From: an uncultured Litoreibacter sp.
GTDB lineage: Bacteria; Pseudomonadota; Alphaproteobacteria; Rhodobacterales; Rhodobacteraceae
NCBI GenBank assembly: GCA_947494435.1
Contig: CANLUY010000004.1
Span: 8,106-72,105, forward strand
Direction: 5' to 3'
Length of the DNA: 64,000 nucleotides
The notes beneath the pieces were generated by a model. The model searched no databases. It was not told the DNA's origin and was given only the letters and a program-made list of their open reading frames with translations. Position numbers and translations under genes: made by a program. Below, in pieces: positions 36,822-45,090 of the stretch (the stretch's first letter is position 1; every line of letters starts with the position of its first letter).

Positions 36822-37127
36822 ATGAATGATCCAACTACATCATGGGTTAAGTTTGAAGACCGCGCACCGACCAACGAGGAACTCCAGTCCGATAGAGTGG
36901 TTGGCTATTTCAGGATCAAGAACCTCTCTGGCGAAGTGACAACGGACTATTTTGGCAAGTTGCTTTGGGTGGAAGAAGCGCAAATTTGGGCGATTGAGGT
37001 ATTCAGCAATGCGTTATGCCTAACTGCTCCGGGCCAATTCAACTATGAGCCTGTCAAGCCGAGCCATTGGTGTTTGGTGCCAGCTCCGCCTGATCATCCA
37101 GATATCAATGGGTTTCCTGAGGCTTAA
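36822..37127 (+). CDS. Hypothetical protein with DUF551-like terminal motifs
   Basis: WVKFEDRAP near N-terminus and SHWCLVPAPP near C-terminus. Confidence 0.6.
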   Translation: MNDPTTSWVKFEDRAPTNEELQSDRVVGYFRIKNLSGEVTTDYFGKLLWVEEAQIWAIEVFSNALCLTAPGQFNYEPVKPSHWCLVPAPPDHPDINGFPEA

Positions 37128-37169
37128 GGTGCTTTCGCATCAACACAAAAACACTATGAGCGGGCGTTC

Positions 37170-37390
37170 ATTCTCGGACAAGCCGTGTCAGCTTTGCGGG
37201 ACAAACCGGACTTGTGCGCCTGCGGCTATTGCTGACGCAGCATTTGCTCGCAGACGCAGCGCCCGGATCGCTGCTTCGCAGCGCGTATTGTCAAAGCAGT
37301 CATTGAAAACGGCGATTGGACCCCGATCCGAAACTGTACATTCGCCTCAGACAATGCCAACACGAAGGATGCGGACTTTGCTGTCACTGG
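37170..37390. repeat. Degenerate GC-rich interspersed repeat fragments at cargo boundary
   Basis: GCAGTCATTG, GCGGACTTT and TGCTGACGCAGCATTTG resemble segments at 43.0, 49.3 and 56.8 kb. Confidence 0.4.
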
Positions 37391-37487
37391 GCCGTAGCGT
37401 CGCGATGCGGGGTTGCAAATTGTGCTGAACTTGGTGGCCCCCGGCCGGAGATTTCAGCCAGAGGCCATTCTTTCAAGCTGTCGAGGG

Positions 37488-37661
37488 TTAGTCAGTTGCG
37501 GGCAAAGTCTGCTCGATCACTGGCCCTTCCTCGCCGGAAGTCTCGGCGCCGAACCATTCGAAACCGTAGCCAAGAGCTCCAGTCAAGACAATTACGGCCA
37601 CCAAAGCTCCACCCCAAACCAGCCAGTTAGTCGATTTGAATGTTTGTAGGTTTACAGCCAT
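37488..37661 (-). CDS. 57-aa single-TM protein
   Basis: MAVNLQTFKSTNWLVWGGALVAVIVLTGALGYGFEWFGAETSGEEGPVIEQTLPATD; RBS GGAG; not in ORF track. Confidence 0.65.
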   Translation of the reverse strand: MAVNLQTFKSTNWLVWGGALVAVIVLTGALGYGFEWFGAETSGEEGPVIEQTLPATD

Positions 37662-37706
37662 TTCTCCAGTCCTTTGATTGAATGCGGAGAAAGCTGACCG
37701 AGCAAG

Positions 37707-37952
37707 TTACTCGGCCGGCTCTTCAATTAGGCCAGCTTCAAGAGCGGCGGAAAGTTCCGCTTCGTCCACAAGGCTGTCGGCGTTTGTGTCTACCCCGGCG
37801 AAGGCTTCTTCGGTAAGGTCGGGGTATGCAATTGCCATTTCGGCAAAGGAAACCAAACTATCGCCATCGGTATCGACGTCCGAAACCGTGAGGGCGAAAG
37901 CCGGGGCCGCTGTCAGAGCGGCAATCATAGTACCAACTGCTGTACGACGCAT
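37707..37952 (-). CDS. Secreted EF-hand calcium-binding protein
   Basis: Signal peptide; two loops DTDGDSLVSFAE and DTNADSLVDEAE. Confidence 0.85.
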   Translation of the reverse strand: MRRTAVGTMIAALTAAPAFALTVSDVDTDGDSLVSFAEMAIAYPDLTEEAFAGVDTNADSLVDEAELSAALEAGLIEEPAE

Positions 37953-38232
37953 ATTTGTATTCTCCATTTGAAAAAGCCGAAGGAATTATTCCCGCGAGCA
38001 TGACTGAAGTCGGCATTCCCAAACCATTGTTCAAGTGCTAGCGAGGGTGCTTGGCAACGAATGCACCGGTCGTGGCTTGGCCTGCGCTGCATTCCGCTCA
38101 ACGACGCCTCCTTAGAAGGATATCTGCCACTAATTGTTGGCCCTTCCATTAGTAGATTGCACATTTGCAAACCTAGGAGAACCCGACGACGTGAACGGGG
38201 GAAGCGAGCAATTTTCAAATTCTGGAGACGTC

Positions 38233-38455
38233 TGTTGTTGAATGTCACTGAGAACTGACCCGGTATTGTCACCGAGATTTGACCCGCTCTTAGTTATGTA
38301 TCGGCGGCTATGCTTTGGTCAATATAATGGCCTCCTTTGTGGTTTTCTTTGCCGCCTCTGAACTGGCTTTGAAGCGGTAGCTGTCGTTGCCAGTCTCGAG
38401 GATGTGACAGCGGTGGGTGAGCCGATCGAGCAGCGCTGTTGTCATCTTTGCGTGC
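38233..38455 (-). mobile_element. istB: IS21-family right end with istB C-terminal remnant
   Basis: [27 protein letters not shown] (stop at 38308); terminal TGT at 38233 and 19-bp repeats at 38243-38261 and 38267-38285. Confidence 0.85.
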
Positions 38456-38501
38456 ATCAAATCCTCGCGTTCATTTGGTCCCTGAAATTGCGTTGTGGAC
38501 A

Positions 38502-39011
38502 TCATACGGAAACGGATGACGTGCGCGGTCGGCACGGCATCCCTTCATTCTCGGCGTCATGAATGTCAGGAGCGTCCCGCGCTGTTGCGTTTTCGGCCTC
38601 AGTGTCCGCGTCATTCCTGTCAGTCTGTGTCGTCCCCGATCCCGAGTAGAGATGGCGCAATTGAGCCTCGGATACCCCGTCGGCCTGCATGACGAGTTGC
38701 ACCATCGGATCGGCCAGCATTTCTTCGAGAAAGACCTGTGACAGGTCCTTGCCGGACAGTTTGTCTCTCGCACGGGCACGGTCAAGATCGAGAAGTGACA
38801 CAGTCAGGCTCCGCGTTAATCCCGGATGGGACAGGCGTGGATGCAGATGGACCACGACAGAGGCCTTCCAGGCTTGAGGGTCCCTGTGATCAGGTGGTGA
38901 GGCGAATTCTGTCTCGATATCATACTCACCGGCAGGAAGCGTTTCGTCGAAGCCGGGAAGTTTGAAAGGCCGTTCAAAAACCGCGACGGTCTTGGTTGTT
39001 TGGTGGTCCAT
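38502..39011 (-). CDS. Hypothetical protein, paralogous to 40198..40512, with extra C-terminal domain
   Basis: [24 protein letters not shown]; second part [20 protein letters not shown]. Confidence 0.72.
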   Translation of the reverse strand: MDHQTTKTVAVFERPFKLPGFDETLPAGEYDIETEFASPPDHRDPQAWKASVVVHLHPRLSHPGLTRSLTVSLLDLDRARARDKLSGKDLSQVFLEEMLADPMVQLVMQADGVSEAQLRHLYSGSGTTQTDRNDADTEAENATARDAPDIHDAENEGMPCRPRTSSVSV

Positions 39012-39081
39012 TGCGTTTGATCCTTTCACTTGAGCAGTCTTCCACGACATGGCGCAAAACCCGCCCCTTCCGTTGCATGCT

Positions 39082-39219
39082 TCAGGTTTTCTTCAGACCC
39101 GGAGTTTCCTGTTTCGCGGCAGTGTCCGGTGCCTTGATTGCCGGTTCTTTTTTCGGCGATTCCGCAGGTTTGGCTTTCAGCATGGCGGCAGCTTTGGTGG
39201 TCAGGTCTTTGAAAGACAT
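39082..39219 (-). CDS. 45-aa Lys/Ala-rich small protein
   Basis: MSFKDLTTKAAAMLKAKPAESPKKEPAIKAPDTAAKQETPGLKKT; purine-rich RBS. Confidence 0.55.
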   Translation of the reverse strand: MSFKDLTTKAAAMLKAKPAESPKKEPAIKAPDTAAKQETPGLKKT

Positions 39220-39393
39220 GCTCTTCATCCTTTTTGGGTTTTCCGCTGGAATTTCCGGGCCTCGATCAGGCACCAATTCTCGAGTGTGGCTTATCGGTAT
39301 ATGTGTATTGACAGGCCCTTTTACCATGGCGCGGTGTGGGACTAGTCGGGGAGGTATGGTCTTCATAGGCCCCGCCGACGACCATTATGGACG

Positions 39394-39858
39394 TCATACC
39401 GAGGTCAGGAAGGGGTGGGCCTCGCGGTCCTTTGCACTTCGGTTCATCTTTTGCTTGCCATGAACAACCTTGGCGAAATCTGGGGTACTCATCGCCCGTA
39501 TGACGGAGTTGTAGTTCATGCTCATTTTCATCTCGGAGCCAACGGGCACAGCGGCTTTGGCTGAGTCGACAACGGTGTGGTCGCTGATCGCGCCAATAAA
39601 CGCCGTTCCCGGCGGAAACATAAGACCGCTTGCGTCGGTGTCCTGTTGCCCGACAGCAAGGATGGTTCGGGCCCGGAGGTCATAATTTCGAACCAAATTG
39701 AGCATCCCAAGCTCCGGAGCAATTGACATGGTCGGCACCGGGCTTGGTTTGCGGCTTGTTTCGATCACTTCGGCAAAAAGGGACAAAGGCCTCCTTGCAA
39801 GCATACTTGCGATTCTCTTAGGCGAAACGTGCGACAGATTGAGGCCGTTATGATGCAT
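39394..39858 (-). pseudogene. C-terminal remnant of an alanine/ornithine-racemase-family PLP enzyme
   Basis: RTILAVGQQDTD, IGAISDH, MNYNSVIRAMSTP; N-terminal PLP-binding barrel absent. Confidence 0.7.
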
Positions 39859-40201
39859 CTAGGTCGAGACCTTCGATACGTGCCTGCGCCAGATCGCGGT
39901 TCGGGCCAGCTGATCCGGGCATTGTCGCCCAGCCTGTTTCCATGACAGCGTCGCGCCGCTTGAACGATGATGCTTCGCGGATCGTAGCGAGCTTGGCTAC
40001 GCGTTCATTGTCGGTTCGGGACATGTCGAGACAGAAGGGCACGAGCGCCGCGATTACTCTGTCCTCCGCCGTCTTGCCTGCCAACTTCTCGGCGCTGCTT
40101 CCGGTCACCCATCCTCCCCACGAGAATCCAACGATGCCGACGAACGCCGCGCCAAGGAGCGCGCCGTAAATGCCGGGTTTCAGCCATTCGGGTGTCGTCA
40201 T
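39848..40201 (-). CDS. Hypothetical membrane-anchored protein
   Basis: WLKPGIYGALLGAAFVGIVGFSWGGWVTG, VIAALVPFC; RBS GGAGG. Confidence 0.75.
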   Translation of the reverse strand: MTTPEWLKPGIYGALLGAAFVGIVGFSWGGWVTGSSAEKLAGKTAEDRVIAALVPFCLDMSRTDNERVAKLATIREASSFKRRDAVMETGWATMPGSAGPNRDLAQARIEGLDLDAS

Positions 40202-40512
40202 GTCTTGTCCTCCCGCGGGGAAAGCGCCGCTTCGCTGTCATTGATAGTTTCTGAAAGGGCCTGATCACATGCAATTGCGTGCTCCAGGTCCTCCTTTGTG
40301 GTCAATTGCATGGTCGTTTGACCCGTGTTGCTCCGTCGCCCCCGGACCATCAGGTATGTCGCAGTGCGCCGGTAAGCCTCGAAACTTATGCCTTGTAGAA
40401 GCTCTTCCTCGACAAGGATTTCATATGTGCCGGGCGGAAGCTCCCACTGGCTGTCGCCAATCATGAAGTCGTTGGAAAACGTCACCATTGATCTGGTCGA
40501 ACGCGTGAGCAT
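40198..40512 (-). CDS. Hypothetical protein, paralogous to 38502..39011
   Basis: TRSTRSMVTFSNDF, LPPGTYEILVEEELLQGISFEAYRRTAT; RBS GGAG. Confidence 0.75.
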   Translation of the reverse strand: MLTRSTRSMVTFSNDFMIGDSQWELPPGTYEILVEEELLQGISFEAYRRTATYLMVRGRRSNTGQTTMQLTTKEDLEHAIACDQALSETINDSEAALSPREDKT

Positions 40513-40753
40513 CCCAGGTCTCCATTGAACAGAATGTTAAACTTTCCGCAGCTGCCATTGTGGCAAGCGCCAAGAGAACGCCTCGCCACGGCAAGACAGT
40601 TGAGTGCACATTAATCCAACTTTGCTGGGGCGATGCTGATCGAGGTTAGCCCCCGTCCGGGCCCTTGCGGTCAGGGTAATAGACAAAGCCGTTCCGCGGC
40701 TTCGGACCATTGTGTTCAAGTCTCTGTCTCAGTTTCACGCCGAAAGGAAACCA

Positions 40754-41164
40754 ATGTCCGCCTCAGACGTCCTTCATCCGGATGGCAGCGACTACGATGC
40801 CTTCCTCTTCGCGGAATTGGGCGAGGACAGAACCGGTGCAGCCGTTACGGTCTTGTCAGCGCTTGCGCGCCTAGACCTCGAGCCTTGGACCGAGGCGAGT
40901 GAGCTTTCACGTCTGGGCCGGGAGGGCGCGAAAGTACGACTGACGACGCATTTTGAAGCGATTACCTACATTCCTGCGCTGGCAAGCGAGAGCAGAGCGG
41001 CAAAGCTCATTTTATTGCTACCGAAGCGCGCACCGCTTCGCGTTTCGAATTCACTTGAAGCTGCCACCAGCAATTTTCCGATATTATCGATGTCTTGGAC
41101 GACGATGGCCCTCGTTGCGGTCGTGGTTCTGGCGTGGTTCTTATATCTGGTCCAGACGGGCTAA
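40754..41164 (+). CDS. Hypothetical protein with C-terminal TM anchor
   Basis: YDAFLFAELGED, VTVLSALARLDLEPW; RBS AAAGGA. Confidence 0.72.
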   Translation: MSASDVLHPDGSDYDAFLFAELGEDRTGAAVTVLSALARLDLEPWTEASELSRLGREGAKVRLTTHFEAITYIPALASESRAAKLILLLPKRAPLRVSNSLEAATSNFPILSMSWTTMALVAVVVLAWFLYLVQTG

Positions 41165-41263
41165 TCTACGTCAGTGCGGAGACGCGATTGAACCGGCTAG
41201 ATGATGAATGTCTACCGCGTATTGGGTGGGCATTTTTTTCCGAGTATATTAGGGGCGTGGGGC

Positions 41264-41292
41264 GCATGCAGTTCCTCAAAAGAACTGCATGC
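41264..41292. promoter_or_regulatory. Perfect inverted repeat upstream of the 41339 gene
   Basis: GCATGCAGTTC-N7-GAACTGCATGC. Confidence 0.5.
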
Positions 41293-41338
41293 ATTTTGCG
41301 CCTCTTGTTACTCGGAAAGTCCAGGAAAGGACATTTCG

Positions 41339-41539
41339 ATGAATGAAGATAGCCAGAGCCAGGAAAACCAGACAGCGAAGCATATGGCCTCGGTCAAGGC
41401 CGCTTGGGACAAAGCGCCCGAAGGCCCCAAGAAAGCCACAGCTTTGAAGCACTACCAAGCCGCCGAGAAGGCGCATGAGGCCGAAAACGACGAAGAGGCC
41501 CACAAGGAACTCAAGGAAGCAAGCCGCGCGTTGATGTGA
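41339..41539 (+). CDS. 66-aa helical hydrophilic protein
   Basis: HMASVKAAWDKAPEGPKKATALKHYQAAEKAH; RBS AAGGA; downstream GGCCGCCC...GGGCGGCC hairpin. Confidence 0.7.
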   Translation: MNEDSQSQENQTAKHMASVKAAWDKAPEGPKKATALKHYQAAEKAHEAENDEEAHKELKEASRALM

Positions 41540-41599
41540 TGTCGGCCTCCATGTGACAAGACCGCAGGGCCGCCCACAGCCTGACTGAGGGCGGCCGTT

Positions 41600-42331
41600 T
41601 CACGGCAACAAAGGCCGTGATTGATCGAGATAGGCCGGATCGAAATCCGCCAATGCAACCAGCCCCTCGTAGTCATCGAAGGTTACTAGCCCGCCCTGAA
41701 ACGTGACGAGCCCTCGTTCGCGGAGTTTGCGAAGGACGCGGTTGACGTGGATGGCACTTAACCCCAACGCATCTGCCAGATGATACTGTGTGAGCGGACA
41801 GGCATAGCCTTCCCTGCTCCCCATACCGACGAGTGACAGTCTCACGCCAAGCTCCAGCAGAAAATGCGCCATGCGCGCATCCGCATCGCGCCGCCCGAGC
41901 CCAACAAGATGCTCGACAACCATCGCTTCGTCCCGCGACACGGCCCAGAGAATGGCCGTGGCCAGCCGTGGTGTCTCTGCGAAGGCTTGCAGAAGATCGC
42001 TCACTAGAACCTCCGCCGCCTCGATATCGACGATGGGTTCGATCCCATGATCGGATGTGTGCAACAGGACGCTGCGCAGGCCCAAAAAGTCCCCCGGTAT
42101 CTGGAAATCAACGATCTGCCGCGACCCGTCAGCCTGGATCTTGTAAGAAACGACCCAACCTGCCGCCAGGATGTAAGCAGCCTGTTCCAATTGACCCTGG
42201 TGAACCAAGTCTCGCCCTGAAGAGAAAGACTTCCTCCGCTGATGCAAGCGCTCCAGAACCACCAGTTCCGTCTCCGAAAGAGCAACAAACGCAGAGAGCT
42301 TTTGGGTAAGTGGGCTGGCTTTGATGTTCAT
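41600..42331 (-). CDS. Crp/Fnr-family transcriptional regulator
   Basis: DGSRQIVDFQIPGDFLG; HTH PLTQYHLADALGLSAIHVNRVLRKL. Confidence 0.92.
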   Translation of the reverse strand: MNIKASPLTQKLSAFVALSETELVVLERLHQRRKSFSSGRDLVHQGQLEQAAYILAAGWVVSYKIQADGSRQIVDFQIPGDFLGLRSVLLHTSDHGIEPIVDIEAAEVLVSDLLQAFAETPRLATAILWAVSRDEAMVVEHLVGLGRRDADARMAHFLLELGVRLSLVGMGSREGYACPLTQYHLADALGLSAIHVNRVLRKLRERGLVTFQGGLVTFDDYEGLVALADFDPAYLDQSRPLLP

Positions 42332-42484
42332 TACCGGTCCCTCCCGAACCGCGCATACTCCCGTAAGAAATCGGCGCTGAGACTGCTTTCGATCAGTACG
42401 GACTACCTAAATTATTGAGATGTTGGTCAATACTATCACGACCTCGCCCGGTTGCGTGGCAAGAAAGGAAGAGGATTGTCCCCA

Positions 42485-42721
42485 ATGTCAGATCAACGAG
42501 ACCCTTCAGGGATGGCCGCCTTCTCCATTTGCGAGGCCCTCCTACTTGCCCTGCAAGATCGCAAGCTGCTGCCGGAAGGCGAGATTCTGGGAATTCTTCG
42601 GGATGCGGCAGCGACCCACGAGAATGCCAGAGGTCCAGAAACCGAACAAGAAATGCATATGGCAACCGCCAAACTGATCAATGAGATCATCGTTGGCGGC
42701 AACATTTCGCGACGCCCGTAG
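42485..42721 (+). CDS. 78-aa hypothetical protein divergent from the Crp/Fnr gene
   Basis: GMAAFSICEALLLAL, LRDAAATHENA; RBS GAGGA. Confidence 0.7.
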   Translation: MSDQRDPSGMAAFSICEALLLALQDRKLLPEGEILGILRDAAATHENARGPETEQEMHMATAKLINEIIVGGNISRRP

Positions 42722-43015
42722 CGTTAATCCGCCCCTTGTTCCAGGCGTTACGTTTCGGGGTGACAGCAGGAAGTTGGACTCTAGGCAAAATTTGTCCTCA
42801 TTGCCGCCCTCCGAACCCAAGCATCAGCACCGCGCTGATGTAGAAATGCTACTCGCAAACCTGATTGCATCCGACCTGCCACCCGTGAGTTTTTGCTCCA
42901 GACCTAACAGCAGCCCGAATGAAAGGCCGGTTTCACCGCCGCGTAGCCGCGCCGAAGATCTTGCATGCGCAGAAATTCTTTCGCGGCGAGCGCGCGCAGC
43001 AAAAATTTGACTCTT

Positions 43016-43062
43016 CGGCAATGGGCTCATTCAGAACCTTTGCTGCGCCTAGCCCCAATGAC
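43016..43062 (-). repeat. Degenerate interspersed repeat unit at cargo boundary
   Basis: Reverse complement GAAGTCATTG-N9-GCAGCAAAGGTTCTGAATGAGCCCA aligns with 49278-49321. Confidence 0.45.
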
Positions 43063-43065
43063 TTC

Positions 43066-45090
43066 TTAGCCAACACTGACGCTTTCACTTGCCGTGTTCC
43101 CGCCCTCCGCCATCTTAGTAACTTTGCCTTCTAACTGCTCGAGATCGCTTAGAGCGAGTTCGACCTGACTCACGTCTTCTGCGGACGGATTGTCGAACTC
43201 CAAGTGCGCCTGCGCGTCGAAATCCATCTCGATTTGCCGCTGATGGTCTGCAATCACTGCCGCGCAAACTTGCGGCTGTTTACGTAGTCCTTCCATCGTT
43301 GTCGTAGCTGGTCTGTCGCGCCGTGACAGGGCCTCGCCAGCTTTTGCGTCAAATGAACCATGAGACCCTGCGCTGCTTGGCGCCGCCGTTCTTTCACCTT
43401 TTGCGGCATCACCTCTCGGTCTGTCCTTTGAGCCAACGGGAAAAGGCATCTCCCCATTCTGCGCCGCATGAATCCTCTTGAAAAACGGATCATCGAAATA
43501 CTGTATCCGCTTGGCCCTCACCGGCATCTGCGCGTCCACGACCACTACAATCTCATCAAGCGGCAACCGGCGCGCCTCATCCTCAGGCAACAATGACGTT
43601 TCCTCCGTCCGCGTCGATTGGCTCCTGCCCTCAAAGGGATTCTTACCGATTGACCGCGACTTGGTGACAACGGTCTTCGTGGTCTTACCAACCGCCTTGC
43701 TGAGTTCCTCGACCGTCTTTTCATCTGACGGTGTGAGATACAGCTTCACGCCCGCGTTCCCTTGCAGCGCCCGGCGGGTGTTCTCCCCGTATATTTCATC
43801 GATGGCTGGGATGGTTTGTGTGACTACGGCGAGATGCCCCCGATAGTGCCGCAGCACCTCAATGCTCTCGGCCACGATCGGCATTTTTCCCAGTCGGTTG
43901 AACTCGTCGAGCATGATCATCACTGGCCATGGCTCATCTGGACCCGGCTCTTTGTCTTGCAGGGCAGACAACAGGTCAGAAAACAGTAGCCGGATGAGTG
44001 GTGCGAGTGGTTTCACCATCAGGGGCTGAACGACCAGATAGACGCTGAACGGCTTCTTGCGGATTGTGCGGAAATCAAAATCTGACACTGCCGTTGCCTC
44101 GTCAATCGCCGGGTTCTGCCATTGATCCAAGCCTGACGTCATCAGGAGCGATACATAGGACGTCAGCGTATCGTTGTTTGTAGAGGCCAGCCGTGTAAAT
44201 ATCAGCTTCGCGGCTTTGTTCTCGATCTCGTGAGACCGCGCCAGATATTCCTTCTGCTTGTTCCCGCCTGAAGCCGCGATGCGATAGATTTCACCTAAGG
44301 TCGGTCTCTTGCGCTGGAACGCCAGCAACCCGGCTGCCACGAACAGATCAATACCGCCCTTCAGAAGGCCTTGGACACGGTCATTGTCGTTCTGCAGAAA
44401 CAGCGTTGCCAAGAGTTGCAACTCCATCTGCTGTCGCGCTGGATCCCTCAGATCATTAATGCGCAGCAGCGGGTTATAGCGATGGGTTCGATGGCCGTCC
44501 CAATCTGTCGGCGCAACCCGGTAAACCTTGTCACCCTGTGCCACCCGATGGCGCGCTGTCGCCTCATAGCATTCACCTTTCACGTCCAGCGTCACAGCTG
44601 ACCCTTGCCATGTCAGCAGGTTCGGGATGACAAATCCTGTCGTCTTACCCCGTCCCGTCGGGGCCACGATCAGGGCATGGGGAAAGGTCGTTGAGCAAAG
44701 AAACGGTGCCTTGGACTTTGGCTTTCCAAGTTTGCCGATTACAAAGCCGGTTCCCGGTTTTCCGAAGAACCCATTGCGCTTTAACTCGCGACGCGTCTGC
44801 CAATGCGTGTATCCAAAGCGGGTGAGCGCTGAGCCAGACATTGCAAGGCTCATCATAAGGCCCGCCACCCCTGCCCCGCCCATGATGAGGTTAACCAGTT
44901 GGAAATCATCCGGCCGGAACGCCCGCAGGCTCCAATAGTTCTTGGCGATGTAAAAGAAGTCGATCTCCGCCCCGAAGCCTATGTCCCGGTACGTCAGCAC
45001 CGCCGAAGCGATGACATAGCCGATGGCAATCGCGACGAGCGTGACCAAGACCACCCCGATCGCGAGCCGAGTTTTGCCCATGGTCCCCAT
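43066..45090 (-). CDS. virD4: VirD4/TraG type IV coupling protein
   Basis: N-terminal TMs, APTGRGKT, LDVKGE, MLDEFNRLG, VTQTIP. Confidence 0.95.
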   Translation of the reverse strand: MGTMGKTRLAIGVVLVTLVAIAIGYVIASAVLTYRDIGFGAEIDFFYIAKNYWSLRAFRPDDFQLVNLIMGGAGVAGLMMSLAMSGSALTRFGYTHWQTRRELKRNGFFGKPGTGFVIGKLGKPKSKAPFLCSTTFPHALIVAPTGRGKTTGFVIPNLLTWQGSAVTLDVKGECYEATARHRVAQGDKVYRVAPTDWDGHRTHRYNPLLRINDLRDPARQQMELQLLATLFLQNDNDRVQGLLKGGIDLFVAAGLLAFQRKRPTLGEIYRIAASGGNKQKEYLARSHEIENKAAKLIFTRLASTNNDTLTSYVSLLMTSGLDQWQNPAIDEATAVSDFDFRTIRKKPFSVYLVVQPLMVKPLAPLIRLLFSDLLSALQDKEPGPDEPWPVMIMLDEFNRLGKMPIVAESIEVLRHYRGHLAVVTQTIPAIDEIYGENTRRALQGNAGVKLYLTPSDEKTVEELSKAVGKTTKTVVTKSRSIGKNPFEGRSQSTRTEETSLLPEDEARRLPLDEIVVVVDAQMPVRAKRIQYFDDPFFKRIHAAQNGEMPFPVGSKDRPRGDAAKGERTAAPSSAGSHGSFDAKAGEALSRRDRPATTTMEGLRKQPQVCAAVIADHQRQIEMDFDAQAHLEFDNPSAEDVSQVELALSDLEQLEGKVTKMAEGGNTASESVSVG

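Noticed and set aside
38157-38170. TTGCACATTTGCAA as a third parS
   Set aside because: Two mismatches in the 14-bp core, no T/A flanks and far from repABC
42415-42432. ATTGA-N8-TCAAT as an FNR box
   Set aside because: Spacing is 2 bp longer than TTGAT-N4-ATCAA and no second copy was found
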